NCBI RefSeq assembly: GCF_003609645.1
Contig: NZ_MCIB01000036.1
Span: forward strand, 67,303 to 131,302
Length of the DNA: 64,000 bases
Reading direction: 5' to 3'
From: Thermohalobacter berrensis
Lineage (GTDB): Bacteria; Bacillota; Clostridia; Tissierellales; Thermohalobacteraceae
The notes under the pieces were generated by a model. It ran no database searches and was not told the DNA's origin. It was given only the letters and a program-made list of their open reading frames with translations. This document shows positions 49,691 to 59,527 of the stretch, one piece after another. Made by a program: the position numbers and the translations under genes. How positions within the stretch are numbered: the stretch's first letter is position 1; the number at the start of each line of letters is the position of its first letter.

Positions 49691-50377
49691 TAAATATTTT
49701 CTCATCTTAATTTTCTTCTGTTTTAATAGACCAGTAATTTGTCTTTTAATTTCATTATCTGCATTAAATACTAACCTACCTTGCTCTAATATTAAAAATA
49801 ATTCCACATGATTTGGGAAAATAAAATAACTATCTACGTCATTATAGCTATAATAACCTGAATCATTATGTATTTCAGTATTATAAGCAATTGGAAGGTT
49901 AATTCTTATATCAAATCCAGAAACTAATATTCCATTTCTCATAAAGTGTATTTTTACAGTTTCACTTGAATACTTAAGCAGAAACTCAAATACTATAATA
50001 GAAGCTATAAATAAAACTACTCTCGCCCAATTAATATATTCTAGAGATAAGTTTTTTAATAAAGGTGCAAAATATATTAGTATAATAACTCCATAAAACC
50101 AAAGCTTTTCTCCTAGTCTAAATTGCTCAGCCTTAACAGATAATAAAACAGTATTTTCTTTTAATATTTTCTTACTATGAAGATATCTTAATAAAGCCTG
50201 TATTAAAGTAAAGGTAACAAAAATTAGTGTAAAAAATATAGGATATACTATATTACTTACGGTTTCATTACTAAGCTTACTTATAAACGGACTGATTATA
50301 TAGGATAATAATGACATAAATACAATTGCTATAAAAAAAGAGATAAAGAAATTAATAGTTTTTCTAATAGTTGACAC
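49688..50377 (-). CDS. Hypothetical membrane protein (4 TM + cytoplasmic C-terminal domain)
   Basis: Hydrophobic N-terminal half; no family recognised. Confidence 0.5.
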   Translation of the reverse strand: MSTIRKTINFFISFFIAIVFMSLLSYIISPFISKLSNETVSNIVYPIFFTLIFVTFTLIQALLRYLHSKKILKENTVLLSVKAEQFRLGEKLWFYGVIILIYFAPLLKNLSLEYINWARVVLFIASIIVFEFLLKYSSETVKIHFMRNGILVSGFDIRINLPIAYNTEIHNDSGYYSYNDVDSYFIFPNHVELFLILEQGRLVFNADNEIKRQITGLLKQKKIKMRKYL

Positions 50378-50588
50378 AGTTTATTCCTCCTTTGTTACTT
50401 TCAAGGATACCCATCAAGTTAAATTATATACGAATTTTAAAAAGTACTCAATTATGGTATATTATTATATAAAAAGTCTTCATAAGAAATTTTTTAGAAC
50501 AGATTGCAGAAATTATGTTCTATTACTTATTTTAACTTATATAATTCCTGATGTGTTATAAAAAGAATTATTAGAAGGGGATATTAAT

Positions 50589-52448
50589 ATGTTTAATATA
50601 GATGAAGAGCTAAAGAAACTTCCTGATGAGCCAGGGGTTTATTTAATGAAGGATGAAAAAGGCCAAATTATATATGTAGGAAAGGCTGTTTCTCTAAAAA
50701 AAAGGGTAAGACAATATTTTCAATCATCAAAAAATAAAACAGCTAAAGTAAATGCAATGGTAAAGAATATCCATGAATTTGAATATATTATAACAGATAC
50801 TGAAGTAGAGGCATTGATATTAGAATGTAATTTAATTAAAAAACATAAACCTAAATACAATGTACTATTGAGGGATGATAAGCAATATCCATATATTAAA
50901 GTTACAACTAATGAAGAATACCCGAGAGTTATTAAAACAAGAAGAATTAAAAAGGATGGTGCAAAGTACTTTGGTCCTTATACTAGTGCTTCAGCTGTAA
51001 ATGATACTATTAATATTATTAGAAACCTATATCCAGTAAGAACGTGTAAAAAGAATATGGGAAAAATACACAGAAAGGAAAGACCTTGCCTTAACTATCA
51101 TATAGGTAGATGTTTAGGGCCATGTCAAGGTAATGTAAGTAAGAAAGAATATGATGAAATGATAAAAGAAATAATAATGTTTTTAAATGGTAAAGAGGAT
51201 AAGCTTATAGAGATAATTGAGGAGAAAATGAAGGAAGCTTCAAAAAAATTAGATTTTGAAAGTGCAGCAAGATACAGAGACCAAATAATTTCATTAAAAC
51301 ATGTATTAGAGAAACAAAAGGTTGTCTCTACTAATTTAGTAGATCAAGATATTATTGGTATGGCAAGAGGAATAGATGAGGTATGTGTCCAAGTATTTTT
51401 TGTTAGGTCAGGAAAAGTAATGGGAAGGGAACATTTTATTCTAAATAATACTGATGAAATGGATAGAAAAGAGGTTTTAAGTTCATTTATAAAACAATTT
51501 TATTTAGGGTCAGCCTATGTCCCAAAGGAAATATTAGTTGAGGAAGATTTTACAGACAAAGATATAATAGGTAAATGGTTAAGTGAAAAGAGAGGTTCAA
51601 AAGTATATATTAAAGTTCCTAAAAGAGGAGAAAAGAATAAGTTAATGGAAATGGTAAGAAAGAATGCCCTAGAAACCTTAAAACAGTATAGTGATAGAAT
51701 TAAAAAGAAAATGGAAAAAATTAAAGAAGTAATTAAAGAGTTAGAAAAGCTTCTGAATTTAGACAGATTACCTAAAAGAATTGAAGCATTTGATATTTCA
51801 AATATTCAAGGTGTTGAATCTGTAGGTTCAATGGTTGTGTTTGAAGACGGACAGCCTAAAAAAAGTGATTATAGAAGATTTAAAATAAAATCTGTTATAG
51901 GTCCCAATGATTATAAAAGTATGGAGGAAATACTATATAGAAGATTTAAAAGGGGTTTAAAGGAAAGGGAAATGATAAAAAATAATGAAATAGGAATAGA
52001 AAGTTTTTCTGTATTTCCCGATTTAATAATGGTTGATGGAGGAAAAGGACAGATAAATGCTACTCAAAAAATTTTAGATTCTTTGAATATAAATATACCA
52101 GTTTGTGGACTAGTTAAAGATGACTTTCATAATACTAGGGGAATAATATATAAAAATAAAGAAATAGATCTTTCTAATAATAGTAATGTATTTAGATTTA
52201 TTACAAGAATTCAAGATGAAGCACATAGATTTGCTATAAGTTACCATAGGAGTTTAAGGGATAAAAAGGTATTTAGGTCTGTATTAGATGATATAAATGG
52301 TATTGGGAAAAAGAGAAAAATGGCTCTTCTTAAAAAATTTGGGTCTGTAGATAAAATAAAAGAAGCAGATATAGAAGAATTGGCTAGTGTTGAAGGAATG
52401 AATAAAAGGGCAGCTAAGTCAGTTTACAACTTTTTTAGGGAAAATTAA
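50589..52448 (+). CDS. uvrC: Excinuclease ABC subunit C
   Basis: GIY-YIG N-terminus (PGVYLMKDEKGQIIYVGKA), UvrBC-binding domain, RNase-H-like domain and HhH C-terminus. Confidence 0.95.
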   Translation: MFNIDEELKKLPDEPGVYLMKDEKGQIIYVGKAVSLKKRVRQYFQSSKNKTAKVNAMVKNIHEFEYIITDTEVEALILECNLIKKHKPKYNVLLRDDKQYPYIKVTTNEEYPRVIKTRRIKKDGAKYFGPYTSASAVNDTINIIRNLYPVRTCKKNMGKIHRKERPCLNYHIGRCLGPCQGNVSKKEYDEMIKEIIMFLNGKEDKLIEIIEEKMKEASKKLDFESAARYRDQIISLKHVLEKQKVVSTNLVDQDIIGMARGIDEVCVQVFFVRSGKVMGREHFILNNTDEMDRKEVLSSFIKQFYLGSAYVPKEILVEEDFTDKDIIGKWLSEKRGSKVYIKVPKRGEKNKLMEMVRKNALETLKQYSDRIKKKMEKIKEVIKELEKLLNLDRLPKRIEAFDISNIQGVESVGSMVVFEDGQPKKSDYRRFKIKSVIGPNDYKSMEEILYRRFKRGLKEREMIKNNEIGIESFSVFPDLIMVDGGKGQINATQKILDSLNINIPVCGLVKDDFHNTRGIIYKNKEIDLSNNSNVFRFITRIQDEAHRFAISYHRSLRDKKVFRSVLDDINGIGKKRKMALLKKFGSVDKIKEADIEELASVEGMNKRAAKSVYNFFREN

Positions 52449-52539
52449 ATGATTAAATATATTACTATATATAATTAACTTCTGATTTTATTTACTCTAT
52501 AATATAAAAGTAATATAATAGAGAGAGGGGGAATAAGTA

Positions 52540-52728
52540 ATGGAAAAGAAATTAACACGTTCAGTTAGAGATAGAAAATTGTTAGGTGTTTGCGGAGGAT
52601 TAGGTGAATATTTTGAGGTAGATTCTACAATAATTAGACTTATTTGGGCTTTTATTACAATATTTACTGCTGGTATAGGAGGTATAATTGCATATATAGT
52701 TGCTGGAGTAGTAATTCCTGAAGAATAG
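52540..52728 (+). CDS. PspC-domain small membrane protein
   Basis: LTRSVRDRKLLGVCGGLGEYFEVDSTIIRLIW matches the PspC domain. SD GAGGGGG 8 nt upstream. Confidence 0.6.
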   Translation: MEKKLTRSVRDRKLLGVCGGLGEYFEVDSTIIRLIWAFITIFTAGIGGIIAYIVAGVVIPEE

Positions 52729-52768
52729 TTTTTATGTAATAAAATTACTATTAACATAGGAGGATGTT

Positions 52769-53701
52769 ATGAATTCATTAACAGTAGATAGATTAGCTAA
52801 AGACATGGGGTTAGAAGTAATATATATGCCAGATAATCCAAAAACACGATTAACAATAAGTGATCTTAATAGACCTGGATTACAGCTAGCAGGGCATTAT
52901 AGCCATTTTGCCTATGAAAGACTACAGATAATTGGGCAAGTGGAGTGGAGTTATTTATCTAATCTTGATGAAAAAACATTAGAAGAAAGACTTAACAACT
53001 TTTTCAAATATGATATACCAGCTGTAGTAGTTACAAGAAAGTTAGAGATATTTCCACAGATGTTAAATGCAGCTAAACATTATGGAAGAACTATTTTAAG
53101 AAGTGAACTAGCTACAACAAAGTTCATAAAGAAAGTCCTAAATTACCTTGATGATATATTAGCACCACAAATTACTATACATGGAGTATTAGTTGATGTT
53201 TATGGTATAGGTATTCTTATTATAGGAAAAAGTGGTGTTGGTAAAAGTGAAACTGCATTAGAGTTAATAAAAAGAGGTCACAGACTTGTAGCAGATGATG
53301 CTGTTGAAATTCGTAAGGTAGAAGAAGGAGTCTTAAAAGGAACTGCACCAGAGGTAATAAGACATTTCTTAGAAATTAGAGGAATAGGTATTTTAGATAT
53401 AAAGAGATTATATGGAGTAGGGGCTGTAAGAAATTCCAAGGCAATAGAGTTAGTTATAGAATTAGAATATTGGGATGAAAACAAAGAGTATGACAGAATT
53501 GGATTAGATGAAGAATATACAGAAATATTAAATACTAAGGTACCGAAAATTACTATTCCAGTTAAGCCTGGTAGAAACTTAGCAATGATTCTTGAAGTAG
53601 CAGCAAGGAACCATAGACAGAAGAGAATGGGATATAATGCAGCTAAGGAATTAAATGACAGATTAATGGGGGATTTTCAAGAGGCAAAGGTTGAAGATTA
53701 A
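52769..53701 (+). CDS. hprK: HPr kinase/phosphorylase
   Basis: Walker A GKSGVGKSETALEL and the HprK signature LEIRGIGILDI. Confidence 0.9.
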   Translation: MNSLTVDRLAKDMGLEVIYMPDNPKTRLTISDLNRPGLQLAGHYSHFAYERLQIIGQVEWSYLSNLDEKTLEERLNNFFKYDIPAVVVTRKLEIFPQMLNAAKHYGRTILRSELATTKFIKKVLNYLDDILAPQITIHGVLVDVYGIGILIIGKSGVGKSETALELIKRGHRLVADDAVEIRKVEEGVLKGTAPEVIRHFLEIRGIGILDIKRLYGVGAVRNSKAIELVIELEYWDENKEYDRIGLDEEYTEILNTKVPKITIPVKPGRNLAMILEVAARNHRQKRMGYNAAKELNDRLMGDFQEAKVED

Positions 53702-53721
53702 AGTTGAAAGGGTGTGTTAGA

Positions 53722-54471
53722 TTGAAATTTGTTATAGATACCCATTGTCATACTATATCCAGTGGACATGCATATAGTACAGTCTTAGAAATTGCAAGGG
53801 AAGCCAATAATAAAGGACTTGAAATGATAGGGATAACTGACCATGGGCCAGAAATGCCAGGAGGTCCTCATATTTTTCATATAGGTAATCTTAAGGTTAT
53901 ACCAGAAAAAATATATGGTGTTGAAATTTTAAGGGGAGTAGAAGCAAATATAATAGATTACAATGGAAAATTGGATGTTCCAGATGAAGTACTTGAAAAA
54001 TTGGATATTGTTTTGGCTGGATTACATCCACCATGTATTGATCCAGGTTCCATTGAGGAAAATACAAATGCAATACTTAATGCTATGGAAAATGATTATG
54101 TAGATGTTATTGTCCATCCTGGAAATCCTGTATTTCCTATTGATAAAGAAAGATTTGTACTAAAGGCTAAAGAGACTAATACCCTTGTTGAAATTAACAA
54201 TAGTTCATTTTCCGTATCAAGAGAAGGAAGTAGGGAAAACTGTATTGAAATTGCACAACTTTGTAAGAAATATGGAGTAAAGGTTGTTGTAGGTAGTGAT
54301 TCTCATGTGGCCTTTGATGTAGGAAAATTTGACAAAGTATTAAGTATTTTTAGGGACATAGATATGCCTGAAGAACTTATAATGAATCTAAATGTAGAAA
54401 GATTTAAAAATTACTTAAAAAGTAAGAAAAAGATTAGATTCTTAGAAACTACAGATACATCAAAAATGTAA
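53722..54471 (+). CDS. PHP-family phosphoesterase (YcdX/histidinol-phosphatase-like)
   Basis: TTG 53722 lies 8 nt after AGGGTG. Metal-binding FVIDTHCHT...ITDHG...GVEAN...HP...GSDSH. Confidence 0.7.
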   Translation: MKFVIDTHCHTISSGHAYSTVLEIAREANNKGLEMIGITDHGPEMPGGPHIFHIGNLKVIPEKIYGVEILRGVEANIIDYNGKLDVPDEVLEKLDIVLAGLHPPCIDPGSIEENTNAILNAMENDYVDVIVHPGNPVFPIDKERFVLKAKETNTLVEINNSSFSVSREGSRENCIEIAQLCKKYGVKVVVGSDSHVAFDVGKFDKVLSIFRDIDMPEELIMNLNVERFKNYLKSKKKIRFLETTDTSKM

Positions 54472-54484
54472 AAGGGGGGTATTT

Positions 54485-55435
54485 ATGTATATAGGAGTAG
54501 ATATAGGTGGTACAGCTATAAAAGCAGGAATTGTTGATGAATCAGGAGATATTGTTAAGAAAAAAGAAACTGCTACTAATGTTCATAGAGGATATGAAGC
54601 AATTGAAAAAGATATTATAGATTTAATATCAGATTTAAAAAAAGAAGTAGAAGAAAAGGGGAATACTGTTAAATCTATAGGTATAGGTATACCTGGAATT
54701 GCAGATGTAAACCATGATATAGTTATTTATTGTACAAATTTAAAATGGAGAAATGTACCTTTAGGTAAAAATCTAAAAGAACATTTTAATCTCCCTGTAT
54801 ATATAGAAAATGATGCTACAGTTGCAGGATTAGCTGAAGCAGTTAAAGGTTCTACTAAAGGATATAAAAATTCACTATTCTTAACATTGGGAACAGGCGT
54901 AGGTGGCTCTATTATAATTAATGATAAGATATTTAATGGTAGTCACGGTATAGGCTCAGAAATAGGTCATATGATTGTTGGTGAAAATTTTTATGACTGT
55001 AATTGTGGTAATAATGGATGTCTTGAGACATTTGCATCAGCTACTGCATTAATTAAATATACTAAAAAATTAATTAAAGAAGGTTACAAAGATACAATTA
55101 TTATGGATAAAATAGATGGTGATTTAGATAAATTAAATGCAAAAATTATTTTTGATTCTGCTAAAGAAGGAGATGAACTAGCTAATAAATCAGTAGATAG
55201 AATGGTAAAATATCTATCAATTGGAATAGGTAGTCTTATCAATATTATGGACCCTGGGATAATTGCAATTGGTGGAGGTATATCTAAGGCAGGAGAGTTC
55301 TTATTAGATAAAATTAGAGAAGAAGTTCCTAAATATGTAATTTTTAATGAGGTGAAATTTGCTGATATTGTAATTGCTCAACTTAAAAATGATGCAGGAA
55401 TTATAGGAGCAGCAATGTTACATAATTTTATGTAA
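54485..55435 (+). CDS. glcK: ROK-family glucokinase
   Basis: IGVDIGGTAIKAG N-terminus and the ROK Zn motif CNCGNNGCLE. Confidence 0.85.
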   Translation: MYIGVDIGGTAIKAGIVDESGDIVKKKETATNVHRGYEAIEKDIIDLISDLKKEVEEKGNTVKSIGIGIPGIADVNHDIVIYCTNLKWRNVPLGKNLKEHFNLPVYIENDATVAGLAEAVKGSTKGYKNSLFLTLGTGVGGSIIINDKIFNGSHGIGSEIGHMIVGENFYDCNCGNNGCLETFASATALIKYTKKLIKEGYKDTIIMDKIDGDLDKLNAKIIFDSAKEGDELANKSVDRMVKYLSIGIGSLINIMDPGIIAIGGGISKAGEFLLDKIREEVPKYVIFNEVKFADIVIAQLKNDAGIIGAAMLHNFM

Positions 55436-55442
55436 ATTGATA

Positions 55443-55478
55443 AAAATGCTGATGGAATATTCCATCAGCATTTTTATT
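55443..55478 (+). terminator. Intrinsic terminator
   Basis: AATGCTGATGGAATATTCCATCAGCATT perfect palindrome followed by TTTTATT. Confidence 0.75.
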
Positions 55479-55547
55479 GTATGGTAGTTAAAATAAACAT
55501 AAACCCCCTATAAAAAGAATAGGTATATAAGGGGGTGGCTTAATAAT

Positions 55548-56888
55548 ATGCGTAAGATAAGAGTACTTTCTACCATTTTATTAATAATATTTATAATAAC
55601 CTGGCCAATATATTTTTTTACACATACTCCGATTAAAAAAGATAAAAATAAGGAGACAGTTGATGAAGAAAAAAGTCAATGGAAAGGTGTAATAAGGTTA
55701 TGGGACTTTCCTAGATTAAATATAAATACTGGAAGCAGATACAGCTGGATAATGAGTAAAATAAGGAAATTTGAAAAGGAAAACCCTGGAGTATTTATAG
55801 AATTTGAGCCAATTGACTGGAAGAAAGGTCCTATTAAATTAGAAGTTGGATTACAAACTGGAAATTTACCAGATATTGCCCCAGTGGGAACAGACCCCTT
55901 ATTTATGACAAAAGAAGTATTAGAACCATTAGATTCTTTTTTAACTAAGTCAGAAATAAATAAATTTAAACCTCAAGCTTTAAAAGCAGTAAAGTATAAT
56001 GGAAAAATATGGGGCATGCCATTTATGATGACAACATATGCTATGTATTTAAACCTTGAACTTTTTAGACAAAGAGGAGTTGAGCCTCCAATAGATGGAA
56101 ATTGGACATATGAGGAATTTATAGATAAAATGAAAAAACTAACATATGATTCAGATGGTGATGGAAAAATAGATTATTATGGTTTTGTTTCTTTTATAGA
56201 GCCAAATTATTATAATATTTGGGGAATAATATTAAGCGATGGTGCTGAAATAATAGATAATAATGGTCAATATGTCTTTTATGGTGAAAAAGCGTTAAGT
56301 GGATTACAGAAGTTAGTAGATTTAAAAAAGAAATATAAAGTTACACCAGAGGATTTTGGTCTTTATGATGAGAATACAGCATGGGATATGTTTTATAATA
56401 AAAAGAAAGTAGCTGTATATCCAACAGGCTCTTGGGCTGTAAGAGTACTTCAAAAACTATATGAAAAAGGCAAAGGATTTGAGTTTACAGTTGCTAATTA
56501 TCCAATAGGAGACAGAAGGATACCAATTTCATTTAATAATAGTGTAAGTGCCTATGCTATTTTTAAGCAAGAAAATGAGGAAAAATTAAAGATGTGTGTA
56601 AAATTTCTAAAATTTCTTGTTAATAATGATAACCAAAGAGAGCTAGAAAAATTAGGAGTTTTTCCTGTGAAAAAGGGAATTAAAGGGATGTATTTATACG
56701 ATGAAAAAATGAAAAGGGTAGAAGATATTATCTCATATACTAAGACTATTCCTAGACATGGTAAGTGGAAAAAAATTGATAGAATACTTCAAAATCAGGT
56801 TAGACTTGCGGTTATAGGCAAAAAAACAAGTAGCAAAGCTTTAGAAGATGCTAAAAAGCAAGTATATCAAATATTAAATACGAAATAA
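55548..56888 (+). CDS. Orphan family-1 extracellular solute-binding protein (sugar-type), TM-anchored
   Basis: N-terminal TM rather than a lipobox; SBP_bac_1-like sequence. No permease or ATPase genes are adjacent. Confidence 0.65.
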   Translation: MRKIRVLSTILLIIFIITWPIYFFTHTPIKKDKNKETVDEEKSQWKGVIRLWDFPRLNINTGSRYSWIMSKIRKFEKENPGVFIEFEPIDWKKGPIKLEVGLQTGNLPDIAPVGTDPLFMTKEVLEPLDSFLTKSEINKFKPQALKAVKYNGKIWGMPFMMTTYAMYLNLELFRQRGVEPPIDGNWTYEEFIDKMKKLTYDSDGDGKIDYYGFVSFIEPNYYNIWGIILSDGAEIIDNNGQYVFYGEKALSGLQKLVDLKKKYKVTPEDFGLYDENTAWDMFYNKKKVAVYPTGSWAVRVLQKLYEKGKGFEFTVANYPIGDRRIPISFNNSVSAYAIFKQENEEKLKMCVKFLKFLVNNDNQRELEKLGVFPVKKGIKGMYLYDEKMKRVEDIISYTKTIPRHGKWKKIDRILQNQVRLAVIGKKTSSKALEDAKKQVYQILNTK

Positions 56889-56969
56889 TTACTGTTGTTT
56901 AATAAAACCAAAAAGGCTATACTTTTAATTGAAGGTTTTTTTAGTCAATAAAATTCATAGGAGTTGATA

Positions 56970-57887
56970 GTGTTGGAAAAAGAAGTTGTATACAATAATT
57001 TAAAGGGAAAAATAATTGAAGGAACTATTTTATTAGATGAACCGATGAAAGACCATACTTCTTTTAAAATCGGTGGACCAGTTGATATTATGGTTTTACC
57101 AAAAAACATAGATGAAATATCAAATACTGTGAAGTTCTGTAAAGAGAATAATATTAATTTTTATATTATAGGAAATGGATCAAATCTTTTAGTAAGTGAC
57201 AAGGGAATAAGGGGACTTGTTATAAAAATTTCAGAAAACTTTAGTGATATAAAAGTAGAGGGCAACAGAATTATAGCCCAGGCTGGAATACTTTTATCAA
57301 AACTATCAAAGGTTGCATTAAGGAATTCTCTAAAAGGACTAGAGTTCGCAAGTGGAATCCCTGGTTCTTTAGGTGGAGCTATTACTATGAATGCAGGGGC
57401 CTATGGAGGAGAAATGAAGGATGTTGTAAAAAAAGTAAAGTGTATGGATAGAGATGGAAATGTATATGAATATACAAACGAAGAAATGGATTTTGGGTAT
57501 AGAAAAAGTTTAGTACAGAAGAAAAATCTTATAGTATTAGAGGTAGAAATGGAGCTTTGTAAAGGGGACTATAATGAGATAAAAGAGGAAATGGATATAC
57601 TTACAGAGAAAAGAAATGCAAAACAACCTCTTTCAATGCCTAGTGCAGGTAGTACCTTTAAAAGACCAAAGGGACATTATGCTGGTAAACTGATTCAAGA
57701 TGCAGGATTAAAAGGATTAAAATATGGGAATGCCCAAGTTTCTGACCTTCATTCTGGATTTATAGTAAACATAGGAAATGCAACATGTGAAGAAGTGTTG
57801 ACATTAATAAAAATAGTACAAAAGACTGTAAAAGATAAATTTGGAGTAGAACTTGAACCCGAAGTAAAAATAATAGGTGAAGAATAG
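56970..57887 (+). CDS. murB: UDP-N-acetylenolpyruvoylglucosamine reductase
   Basis: FAD-binding domain (FKIGGPVD...NGSNLL) and the MurB C-terminal domain. GTG 56970 lies 6 nt after AGGAG; TTG 56964/56973 are alternatives. Confidence 0.85.
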   Translation: MLEKEVVYNNLKGKIIEGTILLDEPMKDHTSFKIGGPVDIMVLPKNIDEISNTVKFCKENNINFYIIGNGSNLLVSDKGIRGLVIKISENFSDIKVEGNRIIAQAGILLSKLSKVALRNSLKGLEFASGIPGSLGGAITMNAGAYGGEMKDVVKKVKCMDRDGNVYEYTNEEMDFGYRKSLVQKKNLIVLEVEMELCKGDYNEIKEEMDILTEKRNAKQPLSMPSAGSTFKRPKGHYAGKLIQDAGLKGLKYGNAQVSDLHSGFIVNIGNATCEEVLTLIKIVQKTVKDKFGVELEPEVKIIGEE

Positions 57888-57901
57888 TGGAGTGATAACA
57901 A

Positions 57902-58633
57902 ATGAAAATAATTGGAGATTTTCATACACATACAGTTTATAGCCATGGTAAAGGAACTATAAGACAAAATGTAGAAAGTGCCAGAAAAAAGGGATTGAAG
58001 GAAATAGCTATTTGTGACCATGGACCAAGCCATATGGGGTTCGGGGTAAAAAGAGAAAATCTTAAAAGGATGAGGGAAGAAGTAGATAGATTAAATAGTA
58101 TATATAATGATATTAAAATATTATTAGGAGTTGAAGCTAATATAATAAGCTATGAAGGAGATATAGATGTAGATGACGATATAATGAAGTATTTAGATAT
58201 TTTGCTAGTAGGTTTTCACTTTGGGGCAAAGCCTGCTTCAATATCTGATGCTCTTAAGCTTTATGGAATGAATTATGCAGGAAAAATTATACCATCAATA
58301 GGGAAAACTGCAAGATATTATAATACACAGGCTTTAGTAAATGCAATAAATAGATATAATATAGATTTAATAACTCATCCAGGGGCAAAAGTTGATATTG
58401 ATACAAGAAAATTAGCTAAAGCTGCAGCAAAAAGAAAAACAGCATTAGAAATAAATGCAAGTCATGGGCAATTGACAGTAGAATACATTAAAATTGCTAT
58501 GAAAGAAGATGTAAAGTTTATAATAAGTAGCGATGCACACAGACCGGAGGATGTGGGGAATCTAGATGAAGGTATAAAAAGAGCCAAAGAAGCTGGTCTA
58601 AGTGTAGATAGGATAATTAATGTAACTGACTAA
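57902..58633 (+). CDS. PHP-family phosphoesterase (second paralog)
   Basis: IIGDFHTHT...ICDHG...GVEAN...HPG...SSDAH. Confidence 0.7.
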   Translation: MKIIGDFHTHTVYSHGKGTIRQNVESARKKGLKEIAICDHGPSHMGFGVKRENLKRMREEVDRLNSIYNDIKILLGVEANIISYEGDIDVDDDIMKYLDILLVGFHFGAKPASISDALKLYGMNYAGKIIPSIGKTARYYNTQALVNAINRYNIDLITHPGAKVDIDTRKLAKAAAKRKTALEINASHGQLTVEYIKIAMKEDVKFIISSDAHRPEDVGNLDEGIKRAKEAGLSVDRIINVTD

Positions 58634-58655
58634 CAAAAGAAAGGGGATAAATTAA

Positions 58656-59510
58656 ATGGAATTTGTTATAATAACAGGTCTTTCTGGTGCAGGGAAAAGT
58701 CAAGCTATGAAGGTTATGGAGGATATTGGTTTCTACTGTATGGACAACCTTCCACCTGCACTGCTACCTAAATTTGCCGATTTATGTTTTCAGTCAAAGA
58801 GAAGTATAAATAAGGTAGCAATAGTTGCTGATATTAGAGGAGGAAAATTTTTTAACGACTTATTCCATAGCCTAGAAATTTTGGAGAAACAAGGCTTTAA
58901 ATATAGAATCCTGTTTTTAGATGCCTCTGATGAGGTACTTATAAAAAGATTTAAGGAAACTAGAAGACAACACCCTTTAAGTCCTGAAGGTAGAATAATA
59001 GATGGTTTGAAAAGTGAAAGGGAAAAATTAAAAGAAGTTAGAAAAAAAGCTGATAATATAATAGATACAACAAATTTAACAGTTGGCATGTTAAAAGAAG
59101 AAATTAGAAAAATATTTTTAGAAGGAAAGGAAACTGAAAATTTAACTATATCAATTCTATCCTTTGGATTCAAACATGGTATTCCACTTGATGCAGATTT
59201 AGTTTTTGATGTAAGATTTCTACCAAATCCACATTATATTGAAGAATTAAAAGAATTTACAGGCAATGATAAAAGGGTTAGAAATTATGTAATGAACTGG
59301 GATCAAACAAAACAATTTGTTGAAAAACTTATAGATTTAATAAATTTCCTAATTCCTTATTACATTAAGGAAGGGAAAACTCAACTTGTGATTGCAATAG
59401 GTTGTACTGGGGGAAAACATAGGTCAGTAACAATTGCTAACGTACTTTATGAAAATTTAAAAGAGAAGGAGTATAGAGTGATAATTGATCATAGAGACTG
59501 TAGTAAATAA
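58656..59510 (+). CDS. rapZ: RNase adapter protein RapZ (YvcJ)
   Basis: Walker [11 protein letters not shown] and conserved C-terminal [10 protein letters not shown]. Confidence 0.9.
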   Translation: MEFVIITGLSGAGKSQAMKVMEDIGFYCMDNLPPALLPKFADLCFQSKRSINKVAIVADIRGGKFFNDLFHSLEILEKQGFKYRILFLDASDEVLIKRFKETRRQHPLSPEGRIIDGLKSEREKLKEVRKKADNIIDTTNLTVGMLKEEIRKIFLEGKETENLTISILSFGFKHGIPLDADLVFDVRFLPNPHYIEELKEFTGNDKRVRNYVMNWDQTKQFVEKLIDLINFLIPYYIKEGKTQLVIAIGCTGGKHRSVTIANVLYENLKEKEYRVIIDHRDCSK

Positions 59511-59527
59511 TAAAGGGGTTTAGCAAT

